Made by a program: the position numbers and the translations under genes
From: a virus
Taxonomy: Duplodnaviria > Caudoviricetes
Direction: 5' to 3' (one strand)
DNA length: 64,000 nt
Virus record (IMG/VR): IMGVR_UViG_3300013383_000024
Span: 35,392-99,391 of that record
Notes under the pieces: model-generated
Database searches by the model: none
Seen by the model: the letters and a program-made list of their open reading frames with translations, nothing else
What the model was told of the DNA's origin: nothing
In this document: positions 39,609-49,810 of the stretch, in pieces
How the letters are laid out: each line of letters starts with the position of its first letter
How positions within the stretch are numbered: position 1 is the first letter of the stretch

Positions 39609-40169
39609 TTATGTATTAAGCTCATTACCCCAGCAGTCCCATCCCGATCGTTCCTGCCGAGCATACAGCTCAAGCTTTCTTGCATTGGGATACAGACGCT
39701 GCATTATTTCAAATGATATCTCAGGCTTTTGGCTGTGTCGTCTTGCCTTTTCTCGGAACACCGTATGTATCTTTCCACGCTCACCTGTTGCGACAGGCGG
39801 CAATCTACCCTTATACATGTACAGCAAATACTCATGACCGAACCTGACTGTAAACGCTGCGGGAATACCGGTCACTTTATCCCAAACCATACGTGCATGA
39901 AGTTTATAACCGAGTTCTTCCGCTATGCGCTGGGCATCAAAAAGATATTTATCAATTGTCCATAAAAAAAGCACGGAGTTTTCTCCGCACAATTCAGATG
40001 CTGTTTTTAGATGCTCCTTTATCTCATCAAGCGAACATGTGGGATACTCCAATTGAGTACCACTGCTATTAGGTCTAACGCTTTTTTTGCCGCCCTTCGA
40101 TTGCTTCCACGGCGGGTCGGCGCAGATGAGATCATACTGGTTGTCTGTATTATAAATATCCACAATCAT
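39609..40169 (-). CDS. MT-A70 family amino-methyltransferase B
   Basis: ADPPW, LFLW, VWDK, HSQKP, LELYAR, GWDCWGNE. Confidence 0.9.
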   Translation of the reverse strand: MIVDIYNTDNQYDLICADPPWKQSKGGKKSVRPNSSGTQLEYPTCSLDEIKEHLKTASELCGENSVLFLWTIDKYLFDAQRIAEELGYKLHARMVWDKVTGIPAAFTVRFGHEYLLYMYKGRLPPVATGERGKIHTVFREKARRHSQKPEISFEIMQRLYPNARKLELYARQERSGWDCWGNELNT

Positions 40170-40705
40170 GCTTCGTTACCCCATCTATCCCAACCTTCAA
40201 ACTCCTGGCGTGCAAACAATTCAATACGGGGTTCGTAACTAACCGTCTCTATCATCTCTCTCATTTTAATCGGTTTCCTGCTATGTACTGTTTTAGGTTC
40301 ATAAAATCCGGTAGTGCCTTGGCAGCGCCGCCCCTCATTATCAAGTTTGTATGGCAGACGCTTTTTTGTTGTTCCAAACAAGCAGTGTTCGGTAATTCCT
40401 CGGTAATATTGCCCAAGACCTATACGATCCTTTGTCCATGTAATCGTTGTTATATATTCAAATCCCCATGCCTTAAGACAATCAAGACCGTCTTGCAAAT
40501 GGTTATTCGTGACCCACATGTATATGTGACATCCATCTTGGTCGACCAAACGCGGTACTGGCAACAACATTATTTCGTCTGTCTTCATTAAGCTGTAGTG
40601 CTTATCTGCGCCTCGCTTAATCTTCCCTCCGCCGGTTTCATTCCACGGAGGGTCTAAATAAATAGTTTTGTATTTTTTGTCTGTATTATAAATATCTACA
40701 ACTAT
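40166..40705 (-). CDS. MT-A70 family amino-methyltransferase A (probable ATA start)
   Basis: The frame extends upstream of 40588 to include YLDPPW; also HSRKP, ELFAR and WGNE. AGGAGG lies 8 nt before ATA at 40705. Confidence 0.85.
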   Translation of the reverse strand: MVVDIYNTDKKYKTIYLDPPWNETGGGKIKRGADKHYSLMKTDEIMLLPVPRLVDQDGCHIYMWVTNNHLQDGLDCLKAWGFEYITTITWTKDRIGLGQYYRGITEHCLFGTTKKRLPYKLDNEGRRCQGTTGFYEPKTVHSRKPIKMREMIETVSYEPRIELFARQEFEGWDRWGNEA

Positions 40706-40717
40706 TCAAACCGCCTC

Positions 40718-43700
40718 CTATGCATATAGGTGTTCATAATCGTTAAGTATGTAATACCCTCTGTCTCTCCGAAATTTCTTGCAGACTATAACATCATCCT
40801 TTTTTATCGGGTCTTTGTCATATTCTCTGTTGTAAACTGTGAATTTCCCGTCTTTGCCCGAACCGAGCGATTGAGTAAGTATATTATATCCAAACCGTCT
40901 GCCAGCTCTGCTCGTCACAGGGAAGACATTCTTCACAAATAACTTTCGTCTGTCTTCTTCTTTACCGGACACATATCCTGCGTAACCCATAATATCGTTG
41001 AAATTCCTCGACTTCATTACAATACTTAGGTCTTCCAGTTTAGCTGCCTTTATTACATCCTCACAGTCTCTGCAGATTGGCATAACATCGAGTAACGTAT
41101 AGTTTTTTGACTCTTTGCCTGCTTTAGTTGTGCCCACTGCATGTTTTATAACAGCTGGCTCAAACGGCGTCCCATCTATGATAGATCGCTTAATTTGTTT
41201 TGCCTTACCCCTTTTAAACCACTCATAAAACAGTTCAACTATTCTCAGCAATTCTCTCTGGTTGCCAAACCCCGAAAAGAAATCAAGTTTTATAAGTATA
41301 TCAAGTTGGCGCGTATTCAAGCTTGTGCACTCGTCGATATCCCTCAGCACATCTACAAAGTATGTATAGGTTTTCCCGTGAGACAAATCATACAGTTCGT
41401 CAGCAATGTCGGCATTCATGTACTTTACAGCAGTGAGTCCTTTAGCTATGATATTGCGCTCTTTGTCAAAAAAGTATTTACCCCTTGACAGCCCCCATTT
41501 AGGCGATGTCACTCTAATTCCTACTTTATTGGCATACCCTGTTATGCTTGCCGTCTTTTCGAGATTGTCTCCAAATATATTTAATGCCGCCGTTAAAAAC
41601 TCTAGTGGGTGGTAGTATCTGAGATAGCCGCATATGTAACCAATCGCGGAGTAAGGGTCACTATGGTTCCAACTAAAGCTGTATGCCGAAGCGTCCAGTA
41701 TAATTTGCAAGAAAGGTTTTATGATTTCCTCACATCGAACTTCAGTCATATCATATTTTTTTGAACAGAACTCCACAAATCTGTGTTCAATCTCTGGCAA
41801 CAGTGTCTCTGTCCCTTTCTTCTTGGCTATAGCTCGCCTAACAAGATCTGATTCAGCTGCAGAATACCCGCAAAACTTCACGAGAAATTGCATTATTGTT
41901 TCCTGCATTGCAATACGACCAGCCTCGGGCATCAAGAATTCATTTAAAGCCTCAAAACCATTATCATATAGCTCGCCTTGAGCTACGCTATCACGAAAGC
42001 TGGCGCAAGCCGGGCGGATTAATCCATTACCAAATGAAAGCCATTTCAATGTGGAGAAGTTGGGAGTTCTTGCTCTTGCTATTTCCAATGTTCTGTCCGA
42101 CATGAATTGCTTGAGAAAATGCTGCGCACTGTTCGATTCCCATTGAAAGATCAGTGTGGTATCATCTCTGATACTTCGCCATACAGCTGGGTCTTCCATA
42201 TCTGTATTGTCAGGCGTTAGCCGCTCGATACCGAGCATTTTACACGTATCATTGATAACGCCTATGTTATCAAGCCCAAGTATGTCCATTTTCACATACA
42301 TCAAATCATCCAGCTCTTTCATGTTTATCATGGACACCGGATAGTCTGATGTTGAAATCGAACATAACCCAATCATTTGGTCAATGGGGAGATCGCTAAT
42401 TAACACTCCGCTGGGATGAGTTCCGACCGACACTATAGTACCATTTACTATATCAACGTACTTAAAAACATCGGGGTGGTTCTTCCTCGCAAGTTCTTCA
42501 TTAGTTTCGGCTATCTTGCAAATTTCATCCGCAATTTTTATATGGTTTACTCTTTCGTCGTCTTTGTAGAGAGCTCGGCATACATCCCTTATGGCACCTT
42601 TAAGTGCTATGGTATTAAATGTGATTATTTCAGCCGAATTGATGTTAGGAAGATTCAACCTGTCTTTTAGCAAGAACCTTTTAACGACTTCACGATCCTT
42701 ACCTGAGTAGTCCGTATCAATATCAGCATTGGTAACACGCGCCGGGTTCATAAATCGGAAGAAGTTGAGGTCGAACCTCATGCTGTCCATTTGAGTTATT
42801 CCAAGCAAATACGCTATCATGCTGCCGGAAACTGACCCTCGTCCATATCCGCACTGAATACCATGCGTTCTTTCCCACTCGCGGAGATAGGTCTGAAGCA
42901 GCATAAAATCAATCGACTTAGTTGTTTTATAAACTTCAAGTTCTTTTTCAACGACACTTTCCAACTCTTCGCGGCTATGATTTTTAAGCGCATAAGGGTG
43001 ATTGTCAATGGCCTCGCTAATCTTCTGAACAAATGTCTCTTCGGGGTTTGTATAAATGTGAGGATATTTGGTTCCACGGTCTAGCTCAAACGGCTCAACC
43101 ATATCCGCCAGCAGGTTTGTGTTTTCAATAGCCTGCATATACTCGGCTTCCGGTAACGAACCCTGCGCTTGATAGGCTGCGACCAACCCGTCGTAAGTTT
43201 TGAACTTCAAGTCCCAACGCTCCTCGCCATCAAACGTAATGTTTTTGGACGCCTGTAAGATACTTCTTCCTTTTTCATGTTCTGTATTGAGGACGTGCGT
43301 ATCAGTTCCTGCAATCAAAGGTACGCCGGTGCTCTTGCTAAGCAACAGTAGTTTTTCGTTGTAATTGACCTGCTTCTCATCCATGTGGTGTCCGACTTCT
43401 AAAAAGCAACGATGCTTATTTCGCTCAAGGAAGTCCAGATAATACTGCTGAACCTGTTCGTCACCTTTCCCGAGAACGCCACCTATACAAGCCGTGGTGA
43501 TGATAATGTTGTCAGATGTCGCAAACAGTTCATTGAACGTGATTCGTGGAACATAGTAAAAGTGGTTGTCGGTTCTGCAGAAACTCTTAGACACAAGGCT
43601 GTTGAGTTCTAAGAACCCCTCGTAGTTCTTCGCAAGCAAGACACAGTGGTAGTTGTCTCTGATTTTTTCGTCCAATGTGGTGGTGAGGTATGCTTCAACA

Positions 43701-43915
43701 GAATGCACATATTTGAGACCGTTCGCTTCAATAGCTTGTTTCTTATGCCACCACTCCATGACACTACCGTGTTCGCTAAAAGCCAGCGCTGTCATACCGC
43801 ACTTTTGGGCTGCATCAACATAATCTTGAAACTTGGTTACACTATCGATATTTGTAACGGCATTGCTCAAATCCGAGTGGAGATGATAGCAAAAATAATT
43901 ACGCACTGTTGACAT
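40718..43915 (-). CDS. dnaE: DNA polymerase III alpha subunit with PHP domain
   Basis: HLHS, SEHG, DTH (PHP); GRGS, DIDTD, HPSG, KMDILGL, YSFSWNHS. Confidence 0.95.
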   Translation of the reverse strand: MSTVRNYFCYHLHSDLSNAVTNIDSVTKFQDYVDAAQKCGMTALAFSEHGSVMEWWHKKQAIEANGLKYVHSVEAYLTTTLDEKIRDNYHCVLLAKNYEGFLELNSLVSKSFCRTDNHFYYVPRITFNELFATSDNIIITTACIGGVLGKGDEQVQQYYLDFLERNKHRCFLEVGHHMDEKQVNYNEKLLLLSKSTGVPLIAGTDTHVLNTEHEKGRSILQASKNITFDGEERWDLKFKTYDGLVAAYQAQGSLPEAEYMQAIENTNLLADMVEPFELDRGTKYPHIYTNPEETFVQKISEAIDNHPYALKNHSREELESVVEKELEVYKTTKSIDFMLLQTYLREWERTHGIQCGYGRGSVSGSMIAYLLGITQMDSMRFDLNFFRFMNPARVTNADIDTDYSGKDREVVKRFLLKDRLNLPNINSAEIITFNTIALKGAIRDVCRALYKDDERVNHIKIADEICKIAETNEELARKNHPDVFKYVDIVNGTIVSVGTHPSGVLISDLPIDQMIGLCSISTSDYPVSMINMKELDDLMYVKMDILGLDNIGVINDTCKMLGIERLTPDNTDMEDPAVWRSIRDDTTLIFQWESNSAQHFLKQFMSDRTLEIARARTPNFSTLKWLSFGNGLIRPACASFRDSVAQGELYDNGFEALNEFLMPEAGRIAMQETIMQFLVKFCGYSAAESDLVRRAIAKKKGTETLLPEIEHRFVEFCSKKYDMTEVRCEEIIKPFLQIILDASAYSFSWNHSDPYSAIGYICGYLRYYHPLEFLTAALNIFGDNLEKTASITGYANKVGIRVTSPKWGLSRGKYFFDKERNIIAKGLTAVKYMNADIADELYDLSHGKTYTYFVDVLRDIDECTSLNTRQLDILIKLDFFSGFGNQRELLRIVELFYEWFKRGKAKQIKRSIIDGTPFEPAVIKHAVGTTKAGKESKNYTLLDVMPICRDCEDVIKAAKLEDLSIVMKSRNFNDIMGYAGYVSGKEEDRRKLFVKNVFPVTSRAGRRFGYNILTQSLGSGKDGKFTVYNREYDKDPIKKDDVIVCKKFRRDRGYYILNDYEHLYA

Positions 43916-44555
43916 TCCTTTCTACCGGAGTGCTAATGGCACGCTCAAAGTCCCATCCGAATACAAAAATCCGTGCCCTTAGCGTTCCGTATTTAATTCC
44001 GCTCTCCTCCGACCACTTTTTGAGATTTTGCGTTTTCCCACCATATGTAAACAAAAGTGAATTTCTACGGTTATCAGACTGAGCCGACTTACTAATCCAT
44101 TCGCAATTTTCTGGGCAATAGCCTCCATTCACATCTTTTCGCTCCAGAGTAAACTCGTCCGTATAGCCATTTTCTATAGCCCATTGCTTAAATGGAATAT
44201 AACTATTCCATTTTTCACAAACCGAAATGCCACGACCGCCATAATCCTTATAGGCTATTCTGTTAGGATTGCTGCATCTGCTAATCATTCCACACCAGAT
44301 AGCGTATAACCTCGTTTTGCTTTCGCCATGAATTCGACGCATGACACCAATGTTATTTCGACTGCTATTACACCCACATGAGGTTGTGCGCAGACCTTTA
44401 AGGCTTTGCGCACAAACCGTGACGGTGTTTCCGCAGTCACATTTGCATTTCCAGTACGCTTTGGGTTGGTCGCTCGGTGTTTTATGTGTATGGTCATATC
44501 CCAAGACTGTCAACCTGCCGAACTTGCGTCCTGTCAAATCGTCTCTTACCGCCAT
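43899..44555 (-). CDS. Free-standing HNH-type homing endonuclease
   Basis: DLTGRKFGRLTV, WKCKCDCG, SCGC, YGGRGI, ERKDVNGGYCPENCEW, NRR. Confidence 0.85.
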   Translation of the reverse strand: MAVRDDLTGRKFGRLTVLGYDHTHKTPSDQPKAYWKCKCDCGNTVTVCAQSLKGLRTTSCGCNSSRNNIGVMRRIHGESKTRLYAIWCGMISRCSNPNRIAYKDYGGRGISVCEKWNSYIPFKQWAIENGYTDEFTLERKDVNGGYCPENCEWISKSAQSDNRRNSLLFTYGGKTQNLKKWSEESGIKYGTLRARIFVFGWDFERAISTPVERNVNSA

Positions 44556-45538
44556 AACAGCCTCCCTTCGTATAATTTTCTCCATATTTCTTCTCCTGCA
44601 TCTACAGGACTATCCTTATTGCCTATCAAACCTTTAGTGTCTTTAACATATTCCACCTTAACGAATCGCTTAAGCTTTCGGATATTTTGATCGTCAGTTA
44701 TTTTCACATCTTTATCAAGGGCAAAAACCACCCTGCAGCCAAGCTTTATAAGTATTTTCATTTGTTCAGGACTAAGGTGTGAGGTTAAAACCGCACCGCA
44801 GTTATCAAAACCCCACACGTCAGCCTGCATTACAGACTTAGCCCCCTCGAAAAGAATCACTTCGCCTTTTTCTCTAATGCTTTCCATATTGTCTGACACC
44901 CCATAGATGGTGGACTGGACGCCCAAAGGGTAGAAATATGTATATTTTCGCAGTTTTCGTTCCTTAAAGTCAGGAAAGAGTGTTCTGCCGTGGATATTTA
45001 TGATATCTCCGTTTATATTCTTGATCGGGTAGACTATTCTATTAGACACTGCGTCATAAGCAACCTGATATTTCTCCATAACTTCAGGTGTTATGCCCTC
45101 TGCTTCCCAAACTGCAAGCTTGTCCGCACGCTTTTCGTACTTTTCCATACAGTCAGGCGGTAAAATCACCGATTTTTCAATTTTCTGATGGTTTTTCGGT
45201 GGCTTAAATCGTTTTGCCACTGCTGTGGCGGGCAGCTTCTGTCTTTGAGTTATTTCTCCTGTTACTCCGGCATATGTTTTGAGGATATCGAGCGCTTTGG
45301 GGAAGCTGCATTTAAAATAGCACTGGATAAAACTTAACACATTCCCGCCTTTGCCCGAAGAGAAGTCATAAAATTGCTGGGTTTCTCTCCGAACCGAGAA
45401 AGACGGTGTCTTTTCCTCTTTTAAAGGGGAAAGAGCCCAATACTCATCGTTCTTCTCCTCAAAATCCGTAAACTGCGATATGTAATCTAATATATCCACC
45501 GATTCTACGAGCTCAGATATCTCCAAAACACTATTCAC
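44546..45538 (-). CDS. dnaG: DNA primase (degenerate CHC2 domain + TOPRIM)
   Basis: EKTPSF, RIVYPI, GR, KY, FEG and ALDKD motifs. Confidence 0.9.
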   Translation of the reverse strand: MNSVLEISELVESVDILDYISQFTDFEEKNDEYWALSPLKEEKTPSFSVRRETQQFYDFSSGKGGNVLSFIQCYFKCSFPKALDILKTYAGVTGEITQRQKLPATAVAKRFKPPKNHQKIEKSVILPPDCMEKYEKRADKLAVWEAEGITPEVMEKYQVAYDAVSNRIVYPIKNINGDIINIHGRTLFPDFKERKLRKYTYFYPLGVQSTIYGVSDNMESIREKGEVILFEGAKSVMQADVWGFDNCGAVLTSHLSPEQMKILIKLGCRVVFALDKDVKITDDQNIRKLKRFVKVEYVKDTKGLIGNKDSPVDAGEEIWRKLYEGRLLWR

Positions 45539-45544
45539 CTCACT

Positions 45545-46882
45545 CTAAAACGGTGTATAAACTGCATGCTGTTTCGCCTGTTCGTATGATACGAGATTGC
45601 CCTGGAAATTCAAATCTATGTACTCATCGTCGGTCATTTGAGCACCGTTTCTATTAAGAATAACTCTCAGTTTTTTATTACCACAATCAGCACCATCCAA
45701 TGCTATCTCATCCGGAGTTTTGTCAGTAATGATTGCTATAGTAGAGGCATTTCTTCCGATTTTTGCACTATCAGCCACTCTGCCAGCAGAGTTTAACTGC
45801 GCTGCACCTATACCCGCTATACCCATTTCGCCGCAGACCTTATTTTTAATGCAGTCAACAAACCTACCCAATTCCTGATAAGAGTCAAAAGCATCTCCAC
45901 TACCGCTGGACTTGAAATAGTCAACGATGAGAACATCAAGTCCTTGAGTATGCCTTACCTTCTTGACTGCCGTATAAATGGTCTGCATATCAAACATCGG
46001 TATGTACAAATGTGTGAACTTTCGTGTTTTAAGCCATGCAATAGCTTCCTCTATCTTAATAGACTCTTCTTCGGAGTACGAACCGTTCTTAACTCTGCCA
46101 AAAGGTATTGCAGTCAAGTGTGACACCAAACGAGTGGTAAACATCCGAGTATTAAGCTCGCTGTCTATATACAAAACGGCCAAATCTTTTTTCATAAGAT
46201 CCACCGCCTCGTTCAGAAGCATCATACTCTTACCTTGCTTAGCTTCAGCTGCAAATATGAATAGCTCCCCCGGTTCTATAGTCGCATATTTGTTAAGCTC
46301 CGGGAACTTAAACGGGATACCTGAGACATCTTCTCCTTGTCGAGAAACTATCTCCGCCCAAATGTCATCGATTATATCTTTGAACTGAGGAACCTCGCTC
46401 GTGCTGGCAAAGTCCATCATCACATCGTCAATTGCAGTGTAGATTTTCTGTTCGACATCCTTCATCCCCATGTCTCCACACATCTTCTGACAGCTTTGAA
46501 GCATTTCAAACATGTCTCTACGAAACGCTGCATCGACCACATTGGATACGAGCAGCTTGTACTCTTCCAATGTATCACGGGCAATTCCTGCGCTCGCATC
46601 AATGAACTCATTAATACTCTCAGCTGTTAGTGCCGACGGATAACTTCGCGTTGCTTCATCAGAGTTCAACGCCTCAAGGATATTGAACGCATCTATACAC
46701 ATGATATCCTTACGAGTCAGAATTGATATCGCAAGATACATATATCTGTTACAGGGGTCCGAAAAATGCTGAGGAAGTAAATCCTCTGAATAATAAGCGA
46801 AGTCAGGATGTCTAAAAAGCGTAGCAATTATACCGGACTCGCTCTCAATGCACGTTATATCTGATGCCCTAATTCTTATCAC
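45545..46882 (-). CDS. dnaB: Replicative DnaB-like helicase
   Basis: AEAKQGKS Walker A, IVDY, AQLN and NRNG motifs. Confidence 0.9.
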   Translation of the reverse strand: MIRIRASDITCIESESGIIATLFRHPDFAYYSEDLLPQHFSDPCNRYMYLAISILTRKDIMCIDAFNILEALNSDEATRSYPSALTAESINEFIDASAGIARDTLEEYKLLVSNVVDAAFRRDMFEMLQSCQKMCGDMGMKDVEQKIYTAIDDVMMDFASTSEVPQFKDIIDDIWAEIVSRQGEDVSGIPFKFPELNKYATIEPGELFIFAAEAKQGKSMMLLNEAVDLMKKDLAVLYIDSELNTRMFTTRLVSHLTAIPFGRVKNGSYSEEESIKIEEAIAWLKTRKFTHLYIPMFDMQTIYTAVKKVRHTQGLDVLIVDYFKSSGSGDAFDSYQELGRFVDCIKNKVCGEMGIAGIGAAQLNSAGRVADSAKIGRNASTIAIITDKTPDEIALDGADCGNKKLRVILNRNGAQMTDDEYIDLNFQGNLVSYEQAKQHAVYTPF

Positions 46883-47652
46883 CCCTCGTTTGTCTGATAG
46901 TATTCACATGCCGCATTCTTCCCGCATAAATACCTACATCTGAAGAACTCTAAGCTAGGATGCCAACTTTCATTACTGGCGATTTTCTCAGGCTGTTCTC
47001 CGAACTTCTGCAAAATCGTATCATACTTATCTTTACTAAACGGCTCTGAGATAATCGTCCCCGTTCTGAAGCAATTGAACTCTAAAAGGTCAGGAAATTT
47101 TCCATAGAGCTCGTACACCGGTTTGCAATACAAATACAGCTGCTCATAATACTTATCCAGCTCTTTATCGCTCAACGTCGGCTTCTTCCTATTAGACCTG
47201 GGCTTTAATGCCCTGGATTTATGATCGCCAAGAATCAGCAAGTCATTGTCCTGTCGTATATAATCTATAAAACCTGTGAACTTATAACCGTTGAGCTCAA
47301 AATCTACCGGGAGTTCTACCGCCACTGTATTCTTAGGAGATAGAGGGCAATTTCTCAGATAATCATATCCGCTGCTGAAATAGTTTGCGAACACCTTATC
47401 GTTCGGAGCCTTGCCCTCCACCTCATTCTGAAAGTTCAGGATGTAGTGTTGCGCCAGCTCATCTTTTTGCAGTTCTCTGTTTAAATAAGATGCAAGAATT
47501 GCGTGGACGAAGCTGCCAAAAGACGCAAAAAAACTGCGTTCTTCCGGATAGCACTTTATATATGTGAGAAAGAATTTATATGGGCAATCTTCAAAACACC
47601 TTATCCTGGAGTAGCTCCAGGTCATTTGCTCAATGATGTATCGAAGATTCAT
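46879..47652 (-). CDS. PD-(D/E)xK nuclease, Cas4/AddB-like with 1+3 Cys
   Basis: SYSRI..F..CP, GFID, DHKS, QLYLY and C..LC.....C motifs. Confidence 0.85.
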   Translation of the reverse strand: MNLRYIIEQMTWSYSRIRCFEDCPYKFFLTYIKCYPEERSFFASFGSFVHAILASYLNRELQKDELAQHYILNFQNEVEGKAPNDKVFANYFSSGYDYLRNCPLSPKNTVAVELPVDFELNGYKFTGFIDYIRQDNDLLILGDHKSRALKPRSNRKKPTLSDKELDKYYEQLYLYCKPVYELYGKFPDLLEFNCFRTGTIISEPFSKDKYDTILQKFGEQPEKIASNESWHPSLEFFRCRYLCGKNAACEYYQTNEG

Positions 47653-47660
47653 ACATCAAA

Positions 47661-48050
47661 TCAGAAGGGCAGCTCGTCCGGATCGGGTTCGGAAGCCTTA
47701 CCTGCGGGGGTCGATGCACCGGAGCCGGTGCCCTTATCGCCGCAGAAATTAGCCTTATCGACCACAATTTCCGTTATCTTACGAGCAAAGCCTTCCTTAG
47801 TCTCATAGCTTCTCGTCTGAAGTCGACCTGTAATTGCGATCATACGCCCCTTAGTGAAATACTTGCTGATAAAATCCGCTGTACCTCTCCATGCGGTGCA
47901 ATCAAAAAAGTCCGTCTGCTTTTCCTCGCCCTTGGCCGCATACTCCCTATCGCATGCAATCGCAAACTGAACCACAGAGGTTCCATTGCCTATCGTTTTG
48001 AGTTCGGGGTCTTTTACCAGTCGTCCCATTATTGTTACATTATTAAGCAT
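47661..48050 (-). CDS. ssb: Single-stranded DNA-binding protein
   Basis: GRLVKDPEL, GRLQTRSY, acidic DELPF tail. Confidence 0.95.
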   Translation of the reverse strand: MLNNVTIMGRLVKDPELKTIGNGTSVVQFAIACDREYAAKGEEKQTDFFDCTAWRGTADFISKYFTKGRMIAITGRLQTRSYETKEGFARKITEIVVDKANFCGDKGTGSGASTPAGKASEPDPDELPF

Positions 48051-48063
48051 ATCCTATGTCTCC

Positions 48064-48768
48064 TTATTTTATATTCTCTTTAAGTGCCTTAAGCAGTTCT
48101 GTTGCTACCCCGGGGTCAGTGATGCTGAGATAGTTACCACTGGGTTTGCCATTGATCTTGACATACTTCTTTGTAATGGCGATTATATCGTCTCGCTGTT
48201 CGGGGTGTGCAGCCAACGCATCATTGACAAACGTATTGATTTCCTCGACCAGCTTTTCCGCTATCAATTTGCTCTCTGTCAGTTCGGCTTCCTTCTGCTT
48301 ACTTCTCCAACTGTCGGGGTCTTCTCCGTCAAGCGTTGCAATTTGGAAGAACTGCATCATGAACTGGCGTAAACCATATGTAAGACCGCTGCCGAAAGCC
48401 TGCGCCGGGTCTTGCTGACTACCGACCACAAACCACGGTACTTCTATGTAGTCATCGGGATTGTCGTTATTGACCCACGTATACACTATCGATGCGTGAG
48501 TAACGATCTCATTAACCTGTTCTGTGTACTGCGTACCATCTTTGGCAAACTTCGTCTTTTCATACTGATTAGGTTCAACACTCTCGGTCCCCGACATCAC
48601 TTTAGGAATAAGGGAAACCCCGTACTTATCCATGCCAGCAGTTACCCTGGCAAGGATCTCATCGATTGAGGTGTATTTATAATTGAAGCCCTTTTTGTTC
48701 TTCTGAATAACCTCGGTCATCTTTCTGATCTTCGCAAGCTTTTGGAGTAAGTTTAATTCTTCTGCCAT
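48064..48768 (-). CDS. ERF-family single-strand annealing protein
   Basis: YKY, QAFGSGLTYG.R and DPD motifs. Confidence 0.85.
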   Translation of the reverse strand: MAEELNLLQKLAKIRKMTEVIQKNKKGFNYKYTSIDEILARVTAGMDKYGVSLIPKVMSGTESVEPNQYEKTKFAKDGTQYTEQVNEIVTHASIVYTWVNNDNPDDYIEVPWFVVGSQQDPAQAFGSGLTYGLRQFMMQFFQIATLDGEDPDSWRSKQKEAELTESKLIAEKLVEEINTFVNDALAAHPEQRDDIIAITKKYVKINGKPSGNYLSITDPGVATELLKALKENIK

Positions 48769-48772
48769 TCAA

Positions 48773-49336
48773 TCATCCTCTCAAATTTTCAATCACGTAA
48801 GTTGCCATTCCGTCCGCTATATGTAAAAACCAAGCCAGCGTAAACTGTTCAAAAGTTGCGCCGACTTTGTCGTTATCGAAAGCCCCCATATGCGTGTTGA
48901 TCGAAGCTGCCTCTTCAGGACTCAGCTTCATAAAATTCTGCACAAGGTAAACTGATTTGCTACCGTGCCCACCAAAACAGAACTTTTCCTTAATACTGTA
49001 GGCATCATAGGATTCCCACTGGCCTGTTTCGGAGTTCTTACGGTTTCGTTTCTCCGTTGCATAGAAATTAACCTTGCATAAATCGTGGAATAAAGCCACG
49101 ATAGCCAACGATTCAGGATCAAAATCAAATTCAGGATAGTGATTTGCGAGCCTGACCAACGCCTTATAGACGTTAATCGAGTGCTCACACAGGCCGCCTA
49201 CGTAGCTACCGTGATATCTTGTACTGGCCGGAGCCTCAAAGAAATCGCTACTTTCAAGCCACTTAAGCAAATCGTCTATCCCGGCTCGCTTAATGTTCTT
49301 CTTGCATATTTCGATAAATAATTCTTTATTGGACAT
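48773..49336 (-). CDS. HD-domain hydrolase
   Basis: APASTRYH, GGL.EHS, HDLCK, GHG, HMG, AD; ATG at 49336. Confidence 0.9.
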   Translation of the reverse strand: MSNKELFIEICKKNIKRAGIDDLLKWLESSDFFEAPASTRYHGSYVGGLCEHSINVYKALVRLANHYPEFDFDPESLAIVALFHDLCKVNFYATEKRNRKNSETGQWESYDAYSIKEKFCFGGHGSKSVYLVQNFMKLSPEEAASINTHMGAFDNDKVGATFEQFTLAWFLHIADGMATYVIENLRG

Positions 49337-49610
49337 ACGTCTCTCCTTTAGGTCTTTTATTGTGAAGTGGGTGAGCTGGTTTAAACTGTGGATGTCTCCA
49401 TCTGCTGCGGCAGGCATCATAAGCGCAGTCTCGCTCGCAATTATAAACATAGTACGAATGCTCGCAATAATCGCAGAGTTCTTCGTGCTTTGAAATTATT
49501 GCTTGCTTTATGTCTTCTACCAAAGTACCATGAGATGTTTCATGTATCTCACACTCGTCGGGGTCTCTGAATTCCCTACCACAAGTATCGCATTTATAAA
49601 TAATCTTCAT
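49326..49610 (-). CDS. C2H2/Cys-rich hypothetical protein
   Basis: YKCDTCG..F....C..HE..H. Confidence 0.65.
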   Translation of the reverse strand: MKIIYKCDTCGREFRDPDECEIHETSHGTLVEDIKQAIISKHEELCDYCEHSYYVYNCERDCAYDACRSRWRHPQFKPAHPLHNKRPKGETYVQ

Positions 49611-49767
49611 GATAATCCTCGCTTTGTGGTTGAGCTGGTTTAAAAAGCTCTTCTACCTCAAACTCTTTTGCAGCAATAGTGACGCGACCCGATCCCTCTT
49701 TTACAGAAGCACCATAAGCCTTACAGATTTCCAGCACCTCTTGCATACTGAGATTAGATATACTCAT
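49594..49767 (-). CDS. Small hypothetical protein (57 aa, not in ORF track)
   Basis: GAGG RBS; MSISNLSMQEVLEICKAYG...; fills an operon gap. Confidence 0.45.
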   Translation of the reverse strand: MSISNLSMQEVLEICKAYGASVKEGSGRVTIAAKEFEVEELFKPAQPQSEDYHEDYL

Positions 49768-49810
49768 TCAACAAACGCCTCGTCTCTGTTTTAGGTATAA
49801 AAAATACACC

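Noticed and set aside
46879-47652. Cas4 as part of a CRISPR system
   Set aside because: No cas1/cas2 or array; it sits with SSB and ERF as a recombination nuclease.
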